Part shown: in pieces, positions 26,087 through 40,463 of the stretch
Numbering within the stretch: the stretch's first letter is position 1
Layout of the letters: each line of letters starts with the position of its first letter
Assembly (NCBI GenBank): GCA_030704615.1
Contig: CM060732.1
Coordinates: 34,534,001-34,598,000 of the forward strand
From: Takakia lepidozioides
Taxonomy: Eukaryota; Plantae; Bryophyta
Direction: 5' to 3'
DNA: 64,000 nucleotides
Notes under the pieces: model-generated
The model's database searches: none
Seen by the model: the letters and a program-made list of their open reading frames with translations, nothing else
What the model was told of the DNA's origin: nothing
Program-made: the position numbers and the translations under genes

Positions 26087-28033
26087 TGAACCGTGAGGAC
26101 ACGGCTTTTTGAGAGAGGAGGGGGTAATGTTAGAGGGCTGCTTGGGGCTACTTGGGACTTAGACGCTTTTAAGCTTTTACGGGTTCTGTGGGGTACCCTT
26201 AATTTTTGCACAGACTGAGACCAACAGGAGCCTTAGGGGTGGCAGACGTAGGCTTTAAGGGGATTAGACAGTCCGTTACAGTCTATCATAGCTTGTCACA
26301 GCCAGACACAGCTTGACACAGTCGGCACAACTTTGCACAGCCAGTCACAGCTTGACACAGCTGTCACAGTACATGGGGAACAATTATCATGATAGGGAAC
26401 GATTGTGAGGGAACGACATCTGCGGAGGGAATATGTTACTTCAGGGGTGACGGTTAGTTAGCCAGGCAGTTAGAACAGCTTGTAGGTAGATAAAGCCAAG
26501 AGGGGGGACTTCTTGGACATCACGAGAGGAGGTCAGACAGAGGGTACGATCTTGGGGCAGAGGGATGATGATGGGACAGAGGAGGAGATATGACAAGAGG
26601 ATGGGGGATTTGTGCAAGCTGTAGTGATGTACTGTAGAGCAGGCTAGGGACACCATGGTTTTGGGTCTGACATATAATAAATCTTAATCTGATGCTTATT
26701 CGAGAGAATCACACTGTGTAGAGAGACTTGAATGAAGCTGTGGAAGGAATGGAATCTGATAGATAAAGGAGCAATCTAATGCTTAAGTATAGACGGTAAG
26801 GTAAAATTGTTAACATGAAGGCCAGAAGAAATACGAATAGGAAGCACAACCATGATTCACTAGCTGCAGGTCATGACTGATTGTTCTGAGCGGGCTGAGT
26901 GCTTAGAGATATCCAACTCTTCTATCTTGGAGTTTCCACCTCGGATAGCGAAGGGATGGGTGAGTAAAAGCCGCTCGACAAGGCCTCCTTGGGAGAAAGA
27001 GTGCCATAAACAGAGACACATCCTTAAATGTAAAAATTGGAGAAACAAACGTCTGGTGGCAGGAAATGCCTAAACCAGAATTGTATTCAATCCGGCGCAC
27101 ATGTAAAGGGTCGGCTGATAACTCAGAATCCCAGTTTGGAGATAATGAGACGAATACATGACTATCTTGCGAGTTTCAACTTTCTTGGAGGTAGTTTCCA
27201 ATTTCTCTGGTGTCACAACTGCCTTCAAGCTAAAGCAAGGAATTAAGTCCCACTACTCGCAAATGCAGAATGTCTCCCTCATCTGCGTGGGGAAAATGGG
27301 GTTTGGCATGATATGATTGTAGTTCGTAACCAAAGGGCATATCCTTCAGCCTTGATGTCTTTGCGATCTTCTTCTGTGACGCCTTCTTCATAACTTGTGA
27401 AATGGAAAAGCAGCTACACATCAAATTATTGCAAGGCCACTCAATGGCACTATGAACGTTTCGAGCATGCTGTCAGAAAACTAGACGGGCAAAAACCCAT
27501 TTCAGCAGCCTCACCTTGCGTGGATACTTGGGAATTGATGCCAGAAGGGCATGCCCGTATGCGTGCTCCATCGTGCCTCCATCCAGCACATTCTATAAAT
27601 GTTGAATGACCAAGACCCCGATTTCACACCCTCCTGAGAAGCCACTACGCGCGCTCACAGTATACGAAGGCCTTGTCGTGTCAAGATTCGCATTCCCATG
27701 TCCCGCCATGTCCGACGCAGCACTTGCAGCCCTGTCTCTGTTAGGTGGAGGCAACACGTATTAAAATATCTATTCCCCCAAGGCCACATTTTGTTTACCT
27801 CTTTTTGTGAAAGCCACGTCAGCAAATGTGCCGCCGAATCACGGGTGCAATGAATGCGGAGTGGTTCATGGAGTCGTTAAGTCGACTACATATTCACTTT
27901 AATGAATAAATATCTTTATTCGAATTAGGAAAGAAAATTTGTAGTCGCATGTGCAGTAATTACAACCACTTGTAATTTTGGCTTTTTCAAATTTTATGTA
28001 TTTACGCAATTCGTTAAATAGCCCGGAATTCTG

Positions 28034-30960
28034 CTACGACTCTGGAGTCGTTGACCCCACTTCTGTCCGCCATTTGAAATGCCCCCGTGGGCTCACATTG
28101 TCTGTTTTGACTCTCCAGTAGTCCTGCTTACTACCAAGTGGTTCCCGGAGTGGTCGCGGACCATGCAGTCGATTCGGAAGTGTTGCCTGCAGTTTTCCAT
28201 GTATTAGATCCATGCAAAGGCTATGCAAGTCATTTCTCAATTTCCTGTACGAGGTGAAGTTACGAAATTGCATCCATCGATGCCGAAAGAAGGATGATGT
28301 CATGCGGTCCAATTGCTCTGCTGTCAGTGCTGACAAGTGCTTTATGCACATACCAAAGGTTGGGTGTGCCATAGCCATATGCCAAAGCTTGTCCGGGCGT
28401 GGGTCATCCATGAGAATTAGCTAAACAAGCAGCGGCGATTCACTTTGGTCACTAGCACGTCAACTGCAAGCATGCTTGCACTTTGCAAAACTTGGTTGGC
28501 TTCCTCGATCGTGTACTCCATGGAATAGTGAAAAGGGACAAAAAGCCAACACCGGTCTGTCACAATGTGGTGAAGGTAACTATACCATTCAAGGTGGGCA
28601 CTTGATCCACCGACCCTAAACCGGGGAAGTACAAGATCTGCATTCATGGGATTACCAAGCGGCAATGGCAGTCTCCAAACCCCAAAAATGCCTGTGCTGG
28701 AGGGGACGAGGGCAGTCTGTTGGATGGACTCGTGTGCAATCTGTAGGCAGACACATTGGCAGTGTCCTCCACAAATGTCCTCGGCATTGTTTTGGACAGT
28801 CTGCTGAATAGTCTGCTAGCCAGATTGCTGGCTAGTCTGCTGAAACATTCTGATTGGCACAGACTCAGGGCTGGTGATAGTATGAGGGCTGCCCATAAAT
28901 GCCTTAGTATACAATGCCTCTATGGCAGCGGCAAACCCAGGATACTTCCACAAAATGTATTCCCGAACTCGGTCCACTCCACATTGCATTCACTTGCAAA
29001 GGAGGGTCTTTGGTGTGCGTTCTCCACGCAAGCTGCAATGGTTGTCTGAACACGCTCTCAAACAGCATAAGCCTGCTCTCCAGCAAAGTACATAAGTGAA
29101 GGCCAACAAAGTGAATAACAAAGTAAACTAGTACAAAAGACCAGCATAGAGGACGAGCAGACTGGAGCAGCAGACTGGACCGTTAGACTGAGTGGACCGC
29201 TGAACAAAATGAGCAGACTGAGCAGACCTGAGGGTTGAGGGATTGCGGTACTAAGCAACAGACTAGCAGACTAAGCCTACTTTCCCCAAAGCCTACTTTC
29301 TTATTGCGTAGACTAAGGTACCCAAGCAGACTAGTAGAGTAGGCAGCAGAGTAAGCAGACTCAGCAGCAGACCAGCAAGCTTGACCGTTAGAATGGACGG
29401 GCAAACTTACAGATAGCCCACCTGACTAGGGGAAGGATGGTGAGTACTGAGCAGTAGACCAGAAGATAAGCAAATCAAGCAGGCTTACCCCACAAAGCAG
29501 CAGACCAACAGACTTAGCAGACAAACAGCAGACCAAAAGTCCAAGCAGACAATAGCAGACCAGCAGACTAGTTTACGCTTGTTGGAGGGATACAAGAGAG
29601 CAATACATGCTGTTTTGTTTTGTTTTGTCCGCATTCTCATCTGCAATGCACTTCAACCAATTTTCTTGTGCTTGGCGGACGGTCATGGCCATCTGTCCGG
29701 TCTGCACAAATCTGAAGAAGAACGGGAAGAACTCTGGATCGTCCGCTGGTGGGCACAACGTTGGGAAAACCCCGAATGGAAGTAAGAGCAGAGTGCCCGG
29801 AGGGGCCGTCAATCTTCTCAGGGGTCTTCTCAGTGCCATTGTACTCGGTCTGTTGGGAGTTGACTCCAGTCTGCTGGGTCTGCTGAGCGGTCTGGCGAAC
29901 GGAGGTGGTCTCCTCGCTTCCGTTTATCTGCATGTCCACCCTGTTGGACAAGCTCATGTAGTTGCCTGTTGAAGGTGGATCATGTCCTTTTGAAGACTGG
30001 GCAGACTCACTGGACTCCTTTTCGGCAGACTCGCTTGAAGAACTGATCAGACGGGTCATGCAGAACGACATGGCGTGTCATCATTGGCGTCGGCAGCGCC
30101 GTCAAGACGGACAGCAGACCCATTCTCCAGCAGACTGTTCAGCGGATGGACTGTCCAGCGGACATGCAGAACATTGTGCATCATCGGGGCTGCATGCGCC
30201 GTCCATGCATTTAATAGGTCCGGCAGACCCACTGTCCAGCAGACTGCTAGGTGCCCACTTCCCAACAGACTTCCCAACAGACTGCCGTTGCAACCGGCTG
30301 TCGGGCATCGTTGACCAGCAGACTTGCCGCACACCACACTTGATGAACTGATAGCCGAATAGACTGATATCCCAAGAGAGCGACTGTCATGCTTGCCGCC
30401 GTCGTCGCATTTAAGAGGGTCCACCAGACTCCCACGTTCTGATGTGGACGGCCCAACAGACCCAGTACAAACAAACTTGCGGCAGTCGAACAGACTGAAG
30501 TGGCAGTCCAACAGACGGCTTGGAATCCAGCAGTCCTAAGAGAACCTTTGTCCTGTGAAAGATGATTTAATTGGTGTAGCAGACTTGGACGTGGTGCAAA
30601 GTCCGACCGAACAAACCCACTGTGAACAGACTGGTGGCACAACAGACCGATAAAGTGGCGTCCGACAGATAGGCACATGTTGGAAGAGACCGACTTTCAG
30701 GTCATCGTCGAGAGAAGAAACTGAGCAGAAAAATGTCATATCCAATGCAGTGGTGGGCCACTAGAGCCAACGCGAATAGACTCGTAGCAGAACAGACTGA
30801 TAAAGTGAGTCTCTGATATCGATACAGATCCAATGTCTCGCCCACAGACAGTTCAACAGACTCAGGAGAGAAGAAGCGAAAAGACTGACGGGAGAAGAGA
30901 CTGAGGGTAAACAAGAAACTCGATTGTCCTCAACTATCCTCATCGTGTCAATGGACATGA
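28034..30960 (-). mobile_element. Degenerate CAGAC-rich element with unknown ORF remnant (copy 1)
   Basis: FVPFHYSMEYTIEEA...MDDPRP...AHPTFG...RWMQF is homologous to 52385-53162 (+). Upstream sequence is dense in CAGAC(T) motifs, as is 49240-52380. Confidence 0.6.
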
Positions 30961-31689
30961 TCCAGTCCTACGGGGTGAATGCAAGGTTGACTGGACCAAA
31001 ATGGACGTTACCAGCACAGTTTTAGATGACTGCTGATGGTGTCATCAATTGAAATTGAATTAACTCATTAAAACCAGAAAATATATATGTAATTGGATTT
31101 CTAGCTTCAATACGCACCCATAGCAACTCTCCAATCATGAATCCGATAAGAAATGACTCCGCTATGGACTTTTGAATACCGTCATTGTGGACTGTTACCG
31201 CAATGAATGGAATTACAATGGACTTAAGTTCTCCTATGTCCCATTGATTGAAATTTCGACATAAGGTGGCTATTTTGGTCCACATCATAGGTATGGATTT
31301 GAAGTGGCAAAATCATTTGTCATTTGACTCATATGGACTAATATATGTAAAAAACAAATAGGCATTTTTTGAAAAGTCCATAGCTCATCTTGTTTTTTGG
31401 ATTTTGGGTGTCGTTTTTTTTTCTAGAAGTATAAAAACCTATAATCTTCAATGGCTAGGTGTCATATTGAATTTTTTTTGTAAACTCTAATTTTTAGTTT
31501 TTCATAATTTCTCTAAATAATAGACTAAACTATTTAATGAATTATATCCTCATGTGGATACCTCCCACATCATCATGGTTCAAATCCTAAAAAGACCTCC
31601 CTCACCTCCCATCCCCTACATTTGGGTCAACAGCCTCCTCCCCTCTGATAAGAGGGTTAAATTCAAGTGTTTAAGTTAGAGGCCATCAA

Positions 31690-34600
31690 ATGAGATTGAT
31701 CATCTCAGCCTTGCCTTCCATCCCCATGTTGATTGACATGGCTTCTTGGAACATCAGGGGCCTTGGGGCGGATAATGCATCCCCAAAGCACGCTAGCGTC
31801 AAGAATTTTCTAGCCCCTTATCTTCGGAAAGATGCAATTCTCTTCCTGCAAGAACACAAACTTGATCTAGGGAAAATCGCTTCTCTCTCAGACAATCTCT
31901 GGCCACGAGCAAACTCCCTATGGAAACCAACTTCTGAAGGTTCCAGAGGAGGCACCGCTATCTTGGTTTCCCCATCCCTCTTTCAGTTTATTGTCTCTGA
32001 AGGCTCTTGGGTTCCAAGTAGAGTTCAGTACTGTGCCATAGACCTCCTAGCAAAAGGTGGCTGGCTAGGGTTAATTAATATTTATGCTCCGAACTCGCCG
32101 GCAGGAAGGGCTCAGCTTTGGGAATCAGAAACACCAACATGGTACTAAAACATGACAGATTTATGGGTGCTGGTAGGGGTCTTCAATATGGTTGAGTCTC
32201 CTACCAACAGACGGGGTCTTGGTCAATTTAACCCAGACGCGGCAGAGACTCAACACTGGCACTCCCTCACCCTCAACCACAATTTGGTGGAAATAGAAAT
32301 GGTGAACCGGGGGCATCTGCCCCCCTCTGGCCCTGTCTTCACTTGGTCAATAACAGAGCCCTCGCCGATCTCCAGATGGCCAGATTGGACAGATTCTACG
32401 CCTCCTTGGACTGCATTCAATGGTCCCGAAGGCTACCCCAACAGCCCATTCACCCCGGCTTTGATCACGCCGTCATTGAGGCTTCATTGGATATTCCAAA
32501 CACTCGCCCAAGGGGCAAGGGTCTTTACAAATGAATGCCTCTCTGTTACAGATCTAGGAGTTCGCACAAGGCTTGCGGGCAGCTTGGTCTCGGGCTGGCT
32601 TGGCCTCCTAGAACCCTTCAGATAGGTTCATGACCAAGCTCATAGCAGTGGGGGCAGCCAGTTAGCAGATGAGTAGAGAGATTGCAGCCACTAGGAAAAG
32701 GAGGGTGAGGGCCCTCATCAAATGCCTCTCAGTCTGTCAAAGAAAAATGGAATCTCCCCGCTGTGATCAAGAAACTTACGATACCTACCTAGAAGCAAAA
32801 CAAAACTTGGAATTCTTCCAAGACTTGCAGGAGCAGAAGCTTAAGATGTTAGCAGGTGTTAACTAGTCATCCAAGGGAGAAAAAATGTCCAAGTATTTCT
32901 TTGCAAAAACCAGGCTTAGAAAGGCAGGGCAGACAATTTCTAAACTAGCTGACAGGGCATCGGGACATTCACAGACCCCAAACCCATGGCTTCATTCGCT
33001 GCTAGCCACTTTTAGACCCTCTTTATGAATGACAGACCTATAGCAGCAGCCACGCTTGATGCTTGCCTGGCGCACTCCCCTCTTCTCATTGCCCAGCCTA
33101 TAGCCGAGGCTCTAGAAGGGCCTCTCTCGGAAGGGGAGCTTGAGCTGGCCCTTTCCAAGCTGAAAGATGGGAAATGTCCAGGAATAGATGGAGTCCCTGT
33201 GGAATTTACAAAAATCTGTGGCCTGACATCTCGCTTGACTTTGGGGCCATGGCCAACCACATCTTTCATGCGAACCAAATGCCGGGGAACATGTCACAGG
33301 GAGTCATCTCTCTGATTTTCAAAAAGGGTGACAGGACGGACTTAAGCAACTACAGGCCCATAACTCTCCTCAATGTTGCTTATAAGATTATAGCCAAATG
33401 CCTGGCTCTACGTCTTCGGCCTCTGCTCCCGACAATCATTAGACCTAGGTAGCCAGTCGGGCTTTATTAAGGGAAGATATATCATGGATAATCTTCTTCT
33501 GGCACAGGAGCTTCCCCAGTATGCCCTTCAAACCCAGCAGGCTATTGCCCTAATCCTTCTAGACTTTGAGAAAGCGTTTGACAGAGTAGAATGGCCTTTC
33601 CTCATGAGCACCCTGGCCAAGATCGGTGTGCCTCCCTCCTTTTGTCGATGGGTGCACATTCTACTGAAGGGGTCAACCAGCAGGGTGATCATCAACAGTG
33701 CGGTGTCAAAGCCATTCAACTTGTTTTGATCTGTCCATCAAGGCTGCCCCTTGGCTCCTTTCTCTTCATTATTGCCGCCGACACACTTGGTTACATGCTA
33801 CAAGCAGACACACAGATTCTGGGTCTTAGAATCACAAACTACATAACTAACCAGCCTGCTTACGTCAGGTAATCCATGTATGTAGATGACACTTTCCTTA
33901 TGCTGCAAGCAAGCCAAACCAACCTAGACGGAACTACAACAACTTTGGGGAAGTTCTGCGAAGCTTCCGGTTTCAAGGTCAACTGGAACAAAACCTGTGC
34001 CATCCTTGCTGGAGATACATCCAAATCCCTTCTGGGACGACTACCCTCTTGGGGACAGGCCTAGGGGCTATCATGGCTACAACCTAGCCAGACGACAACG
34101 TTGCTAGGATACACCTATGGGCTTGATATCACCGATGAACAACGATTCGCACCCATTCTTTCCAAGATTAAAAGAAACCTCACTTTCTGGGGCTCTAAGT
34201 TTCTCTCAATCACAGGTCGGGCACTTGTGGCCAACCAGATTCTCTCAGTTGGCCTATGGTTCTACGCAGCATCATGGCGCCCTTCTAAAAGGCAAATTGG
34301 TGAATACAAAGCCCTATTGTGGAATTTCGTTTGGGGAGCTAGCAAAGTGGGCCAAAAAGTTAGGCCGCAGGTCTCCTGGAGACAGATCTGCCAGCCAAAA
34401 AAATAGGGAGGACTGGGGGTTCTGGACCTGGAGATCCAAATTACAGCACTCCTCGGAAAATGGCTGCCAAGATTCTTAGGCCCAGAAGGTGGCTGGTGGA
34501 AGTTTTTGGTGGTGGGTAATCTGATGATGGCAAGTCCCCTAAAGACCTCTAGATGGCACCCCTCCATTCGCTGGATCACACGGGGATTCAAGCACAAAAT

Positions 34601-36340
34601 GGTGGGATCGTCCAGGGCTTTGGAACGTCATCTGGAAAGCTTGGGCTACACTGAGACATTTTCTTCAGAAAAAAGAGCCAGAAACATTCGAGGAAACCCT
34701 CTGCCAACACCAACATGCCCACACCAGCTGAAAAGTCGTTGGCAAAAAAATGGTCTGCCTGGGACAGTAGGGGCATTAGTCAACTAAAACACCTGTGGTC
34801 GCCTACTGGCTTCCTGCACATTGACACAATTTGCCCTATTCTGGGGTCAATCAGAGCCAAGGCCGGGCTACAGGCGGTCATAAATTCTATACCTCAAACC
34901 TGGTCCCTGTCGCTGCAGGCGGGTCCACTGACCCCCTCCACGAACTTCTGGACATTAGGAGTCATAAGCAACAGCCTCACCATCATTTTGGTGATTTTTG
35001 CCACAGACACACACTTCTCAGGGTTCGCTTACCATGTAAATCCCAAAACTCTTGTGCTGATCTTGGTTTCACAATCCCAAACCCTCTTCCCCCGTTTCAT
35101 TCATACCCCAGTGAGAATATGCAACTGGTCATCTAAGTTCAAAGAGTTTGATCCCCAACCACCTCTTACCATACCATACCTGTCCTGGGTCAATACATCC
35201 ACTTTTGTCTGGATCCTGGGAAGACCTCTGGCGGACCTCCAGCTGGACCCCAAAGAATGGGAATGGACATTTGGCCGTGCTGCATCACCCCTTCTTACCT
35301 ACACCCCCAAGAAGGCTTATAGGGCTCTTAACACACAGCCAGCCCTCTCCACTAAGTGGAATAGCAAATGGAGTCACTTTGGTTTCTTGAATGAGAACTG
35401 GTCATCAATCTGGTCTTCTATCTGGCTAAAAATTAGGCCGGCCAAGATCTCAGCGTTTTTATGGCAAGTAGCGAACAGAGCCCTAAAAGTGGGAGAATGG
35501 CTGCAATTCCATGAAGCTCTTTTATGTCGATGTTGCTCCTCGAGTATCATTGAATCTCATGAGCACTGTTGACCTGTATAGCTCCAGCCAAAATCTGGCC
35601 CTTCATCAAGGTATTCTACAGACATTGGAGTCTCTCGGCCATTGGCCCTCTAGATCTGCTACTTAATTACAACAAAACAACCAAGGGCCGATCCTTTACA
35701 TGTCCAGTCTTCGAGACTCTTCGCGCCTCTACATTATGGCACCTATGGTGTGCTAGATGTAAAAAGACCTTTAGCAAAGAGACAATAAGTACCTCAGCTT
35801 TGTTGGCTATGGTGTACAAAGATCTTTTAACAGAGTCGAAAAAAGCTTGGGCCTTTGTGTTGTAGACTGTCACAGGACTCCAAGGCAGGCGCCAGCAATC
35901 CATGCAACATTCAGGACGAGTGGGCCTGCCATGGTGTCATTTGTCAAAACGACGAGCAGGAACACTGTATTTGGAACGCTCTCCCCCCTCAGCGCTGGAG
36001 AGACCTCAGAGCTCCACTCCACGACCTCGCTGGAATTTGAGAGAGACGTGAATTGGAAACACGTCAAGCACCCTGCCACTACTTCCAGGCTAAATTTTCG
36101 TTAAGTGTAGTTGTAGATTAGCTCCTCGATAATCTCATCTGCAGGCTTAACTTTTTGGAAGTCTCTCGGACAGGGCTAGGCCGCTCTGAGAGGTCTCTTT
36201 GAGCACACTGCTGCACTTTAGCAGCAGGCAATGGATCTCCCTTCACTGACTATAGTGTGTAGCCCTCATGGTGCAAAAGGGGGTTTATTTTTTTCCCCTC
36301 AATTCAGGTATAAATGCAATATTTAACGTTAAAAAACAAT
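31690..36340 (+). mobile_element. L1-clade LINE ORF2 remnant (AP endonuclease, RT, C-terminal zinc knuckle)
   Basis: Endonuclease SWNIRG, LQEHK, NIYAP, RLDRFY and DH. RT YRPITLLN, LDFEKAFDRV, QGCPL and YVDD. CRCC...ESHEH near the end. Many stops and frameshifts; ORF1 not seen. Confidence 0.95.
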
Positions 36341-37049
36341 TATGTTGTTTATATATATATATATGACGTCGGTGCTAGCTGAAATAAGAGCGCATTAAAA
36401 AAAATAAAAATGCGCATATTTGCCAGCGAATCATGAGAACCACCGTCTCAAATAGTAACGGAGCTTCGGTCCCCTATATATATATACATATACCAACAAA
36501 AACCAGAACCAAAATGGCATTGTAGAGTCATACATCCCCACGTGCTTCGTGACAACGCATGACAAGTGGCAGCAGCCGGTTTCAATGTATGTATGCGACC
36601 ATCTTCACAACTACGTCAACGAGCGGATGAACCGTGTTAAAGGCCGTGAAGCCCAACTTATCAAAACAGGCCACGTAGACTTGACAGATAGTGCCCTGCC
36701 ACTTGTACCTTCGCTTACGTGGCCATATCGCAGCCATATCTCACGTCTCTTCATCCATCAGAAGCAGCACATTTGTCTGCGGTGACGTGGATTGGATAGC
36801 TAAATAAACAATGTAATTAAAATACATTTGTTTTTAATTAATTAATTAACTAATTGTAAGACATGAACACGTGGCCGCATCATGCATGCATGTTAGGGGA
36901 TGTATGGCCATGAGGGGGTGGGGGGGAGGGGTGCACGCGGGAAGGTGAGAGAGACGACCGCCATAGCCACCAGAGCTTGGAGCTTGGCAGTGCGGTGCTT
37001 CTTCGCAGCAGACGATTGACTTGGACTGCGGGAGGGAGGAGGGTTCGCG

Positions 37050-38949
37050 ATGGGAACGTACTCCGGTGCCTCACACAAGCATCTGGCACCCGTTGTCCAC
37101 GTCTTGGGAGTCGTGGCCACGGTCGCTCTCATCGTCTGGACCTTGTTCTTTCGGGGTGGATATGCGTTAACTGGGAACGGGGTCTTTAATGTAAGTTTCC
37201 AGTGCGATTTTCTCACTGATTTATTACCGTAGCTTATCGAAGGGAAGGAATGTGGAAGTAGAATCTCCAGCGATTGTGTGCTAGTTCTATGCTGGCGTTG
37301 GTTAATATTGAGGAGATGTTATGGTGGCTGGGATAGATTTCTTGCCGCTTTGTGTCATCACAATTCTCTACCAACTTTGTGCTACTATTGGGTTTCTCTG
37401 TTGCGGTTGTTGTACATTTGGGGAGGAGGGGTGGTTACTCGCCAGCACAGTGTGTCTGCAAGATGATGACAAATGTGTCTCCAATCTAGCTCAGGATTGA
37501 AATTGCAGCTGGTTTGCCGCTTATTCTTTGCAATATTTCCCTCTTTGGCATAAACTGAGGCATGTCTTTTGCAATACCCTAGGTGTTTCAAGGTGGGTTG
37601 GGACTAATGCTCTGGCAGGACAGTTCACAAGCTATTCTTGAGCTCAAGTCGTATATCAATTCTGAGAGAATATGAGAAGTACATAGAAAGGCACTTATCA
37701 CTCGAGTTTGTCCCCATTTGAATAGTCGATTGGCTAGATGTGAAGCCGTTTAGGAAGCTTGCGCCATGCACATTCAGCCTTGGTCTTCTGAGAAGAGAAA
37801 TAGTCCACTCGTCAGCAATAAGTGGCTGCCGTATGGCACCTGCTCACTGCAAATTGGTATCCCCAAAGTGCAACACTCATTTGAGCTGATGGTTAGGTTT
37901 GTTGTGGGTGGTGGTGTGATAGGTTCATCCAGTTTTGATGTTTGCAGGATTCATCTTCCTCTCTGGTGAAGGTTTGTGAAGATCCCTCCTGGCCTTGTGT
38001 CTATGCACATGAAAGTCTCAACTGATTGCTGAATTGCTGAATTGCTGGGGTTTGTTGTATAAAATGCTTAGAATACTTTCGTAATAGTGATTATGCAATA
38101 ACTTCAAATCGGCAATGCTAGGGTTGAGAGCGCATAGTTTATTTGGTGTTCATGCAGCCATTTTGGCGTATAAGACGGTGAATGGGACAAAGGACTACCA
38201 AAAGGTAGTGCATTTGAGCCTTCAAGGAGTTGCTATCCTGTTGGGCGTGGTCGGTATGCTGGCTGCTCTTAAATTTCATCTTGACGGCAATATTGCCAAT
38301 TTCTACAGCTTGCACTCGTGGTTTGGAATCATCACTCTTGGTCTCTACTTTATTCAGGTAGCTCTCATCCTCGTGCCATTCTTTCTCATCTTCAATTTCA
38401 TATAAGGGAATACTCTTACTGCATCAGACCAGGCCGTCCTACCTGGCTAAGAGTTGCTAGAGGCATCAACATTCATTGTTAGTGGATGTGTGTCGTCTGA
38501 CAAGTGTCCCAATCATGTGTCCCAAACATGTGATCGTTTCAGTCCAGGCAGAGTGGGTTAACCATTTATCACACACACAAGATCTTGTACTTCCAACTGC
38601 AGGCTATGGTGGATGTTGTGGATTTGATTGATGTCGTGGTGTGCAGTGGGTGATTGGATTTGTTTCATTCTATTATCCGGGCTTTCCACATTCAACCCGG
38701 ACCGAGCTGCTTCCATGGCACATCTTTCTGGGTCTCGCGTTATACGTACTAGCTCTAGCAACTGCTGAGCTCGGATTGCTAGAGAAGGTGACATTCCTCC
38801 AAAAATCGTCTGGGCTTGGCCTGTGGTCTGGAGAGGCTATGTTCGTAAACTCAATTGGCCTCGTGATTTTTGTCTTTGGCGTATTTGTGGTGTTGACAGC
38901 CGTCCTCCCTAATCCCTACAAAGAGGAAGGCTACAGAGCACTCGAGTAA
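37050..38949 (+). CDS. CYB561: Cytochrome b561 (transmembrane ascorbate ferrireductase); exons 37050-37190, 37923-37971, 38158-38357, 38647-38949
   Basis: FNVHPVLM, VHLSLQ, NFYSLHSWFG and LLPWH motifs. GT-AG introns keep frame and give 230 aa. Confidence 0.93.
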
Positions 38950-39837
38950 AGGATGGAAGATGGGTGCAGACAACCTGGCCAGTACCCTTGAGTTCTGAAC
39001 ATATGTATATAATCACTTAATTCTAAGGTGGGTATATCTGTGTTATGTGTGGTCAAAGGCAGATGGACTGTATGTTGAGAATGTAGACCAGTGTAATATG
39101 TAGTTGCATATGAGTGCTGGTTAGCGAGAATTCCTTGTCCTTCAAGCGCCGATCTTCCTGTGGTAACAATACAGTGTCGCGGTTGGTATGTCAGGCAATT
39201 AATATCATTTGCAAGAAACTAAGTGAATTGAATGATTTCTGGGGGTGAAAATTGGATATGAAGCAAACTCTGGTTTGGTTCCTGGTGGAAGCCACTTACA
39301 GAATGAGTACTTGTCATAAGCATGTGAGTAGCATATGCCACATCATCTTTTGTGGTGCCATCCTAATGTCTGAAACCTCTTCTTGTGATTGACGCCCATG
39401 TATGTTCACCACATCCAGCAAGCTTGAAACAATCGCAGTTGAAATCTGGGCTTGGTTACAAAGTGCACCTGCTAGTAGTAAAGGCTAGGCTGCAGTATAT
39501 GAGGTTGTTGAATCCATGGAGTTTGGGAAAGTTGTGAAGCCCTGGTTGACAGCCTTTTGACTGATGAAGCAAATGAAGATCATTTCCAGTCCGACTGCAC
39601 CACTCTCCTTTTTCGCCTGTCCTTTTCATCAATTTTCCAAGATACAAACTTATGCCTTACGGCTTCCTGTAAGGTTATTTTTTTCCTTACCCATTTAATA
39701 AATTTCGAGGGCTACAGTCCCCCCTGTTCCAAAAAAAAAGAAAAAAGTTTACGGAAAAAAGGATAAAAAAGATAAAGAAAGAATGAAATGAAAATATACA
39801 TTTTTGTATTAGGTGAGTGCAACTTCTAACCCACGCC

Positions 39838-40013
39838 ACTAGTCGACAGCTCACTTGGACACCTTGGTGGTTCGGGGTTCAAATCCTGCTACCTTCATGT
39901 GAGTGGTATGGTTTCGTCCAATCTCCTTTGTGAGGGATCTTTTTCACCCTCATATGAGGACCGGAATTGTGAGCTGCCGCTCCCAAGTTTCCCTTCTTCA
40001 GCTACAGGAAAAA
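39838..40013 (+). mobile_element. tRNA-derived SINE, copy 3 (internally shorter)
   Basis: AGCTCACTTGG, GGTTCAAATCCTGCTAC and TTGTGAGCTGCCGCTCCCA are shared with copy 1. Confidence 0.6.
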
Positions 40014-40463
40014 GTTAAGTCAACTTTCGCAGGGTTTATTTTTCCCTGGTCGTTTCTTAATTTAATAAAAAGTTTTTCTCAAGAAAAAACAAAAGCTAAA
40101 TTCGAAATACCAACGATGCAGATTACCCGATCTCGGAAACTTCCAACGGCTACGATCTTTGGACTGAGGACTGAGCTGCCCGTTGGAGGGCGGGCAGCGG
40201 ACTAGCGCGGCTATAAAGAGGGCGACTCGCGAGGCCCATAGGGATCAGGAGTGAGCGCGCATATAAAGGCTGTGCTGCCCTCGCTGTGTCGCTGCGCCCT
40301 CCCTCCCTCTCGCTCGCTGGAACGGTCGGTGGGGCGCCAAAAGAGCTCCACAGTTTGTGGGAGTGTGGGGTATATTTGGGGTGCTGCGTGGTGTGCGAGG
40401 AGGTATAAAGTATAAAGGCGGTGGAGCAGGATCGCATAGAGACAGAGCTTGAAGGAGGCTTGC

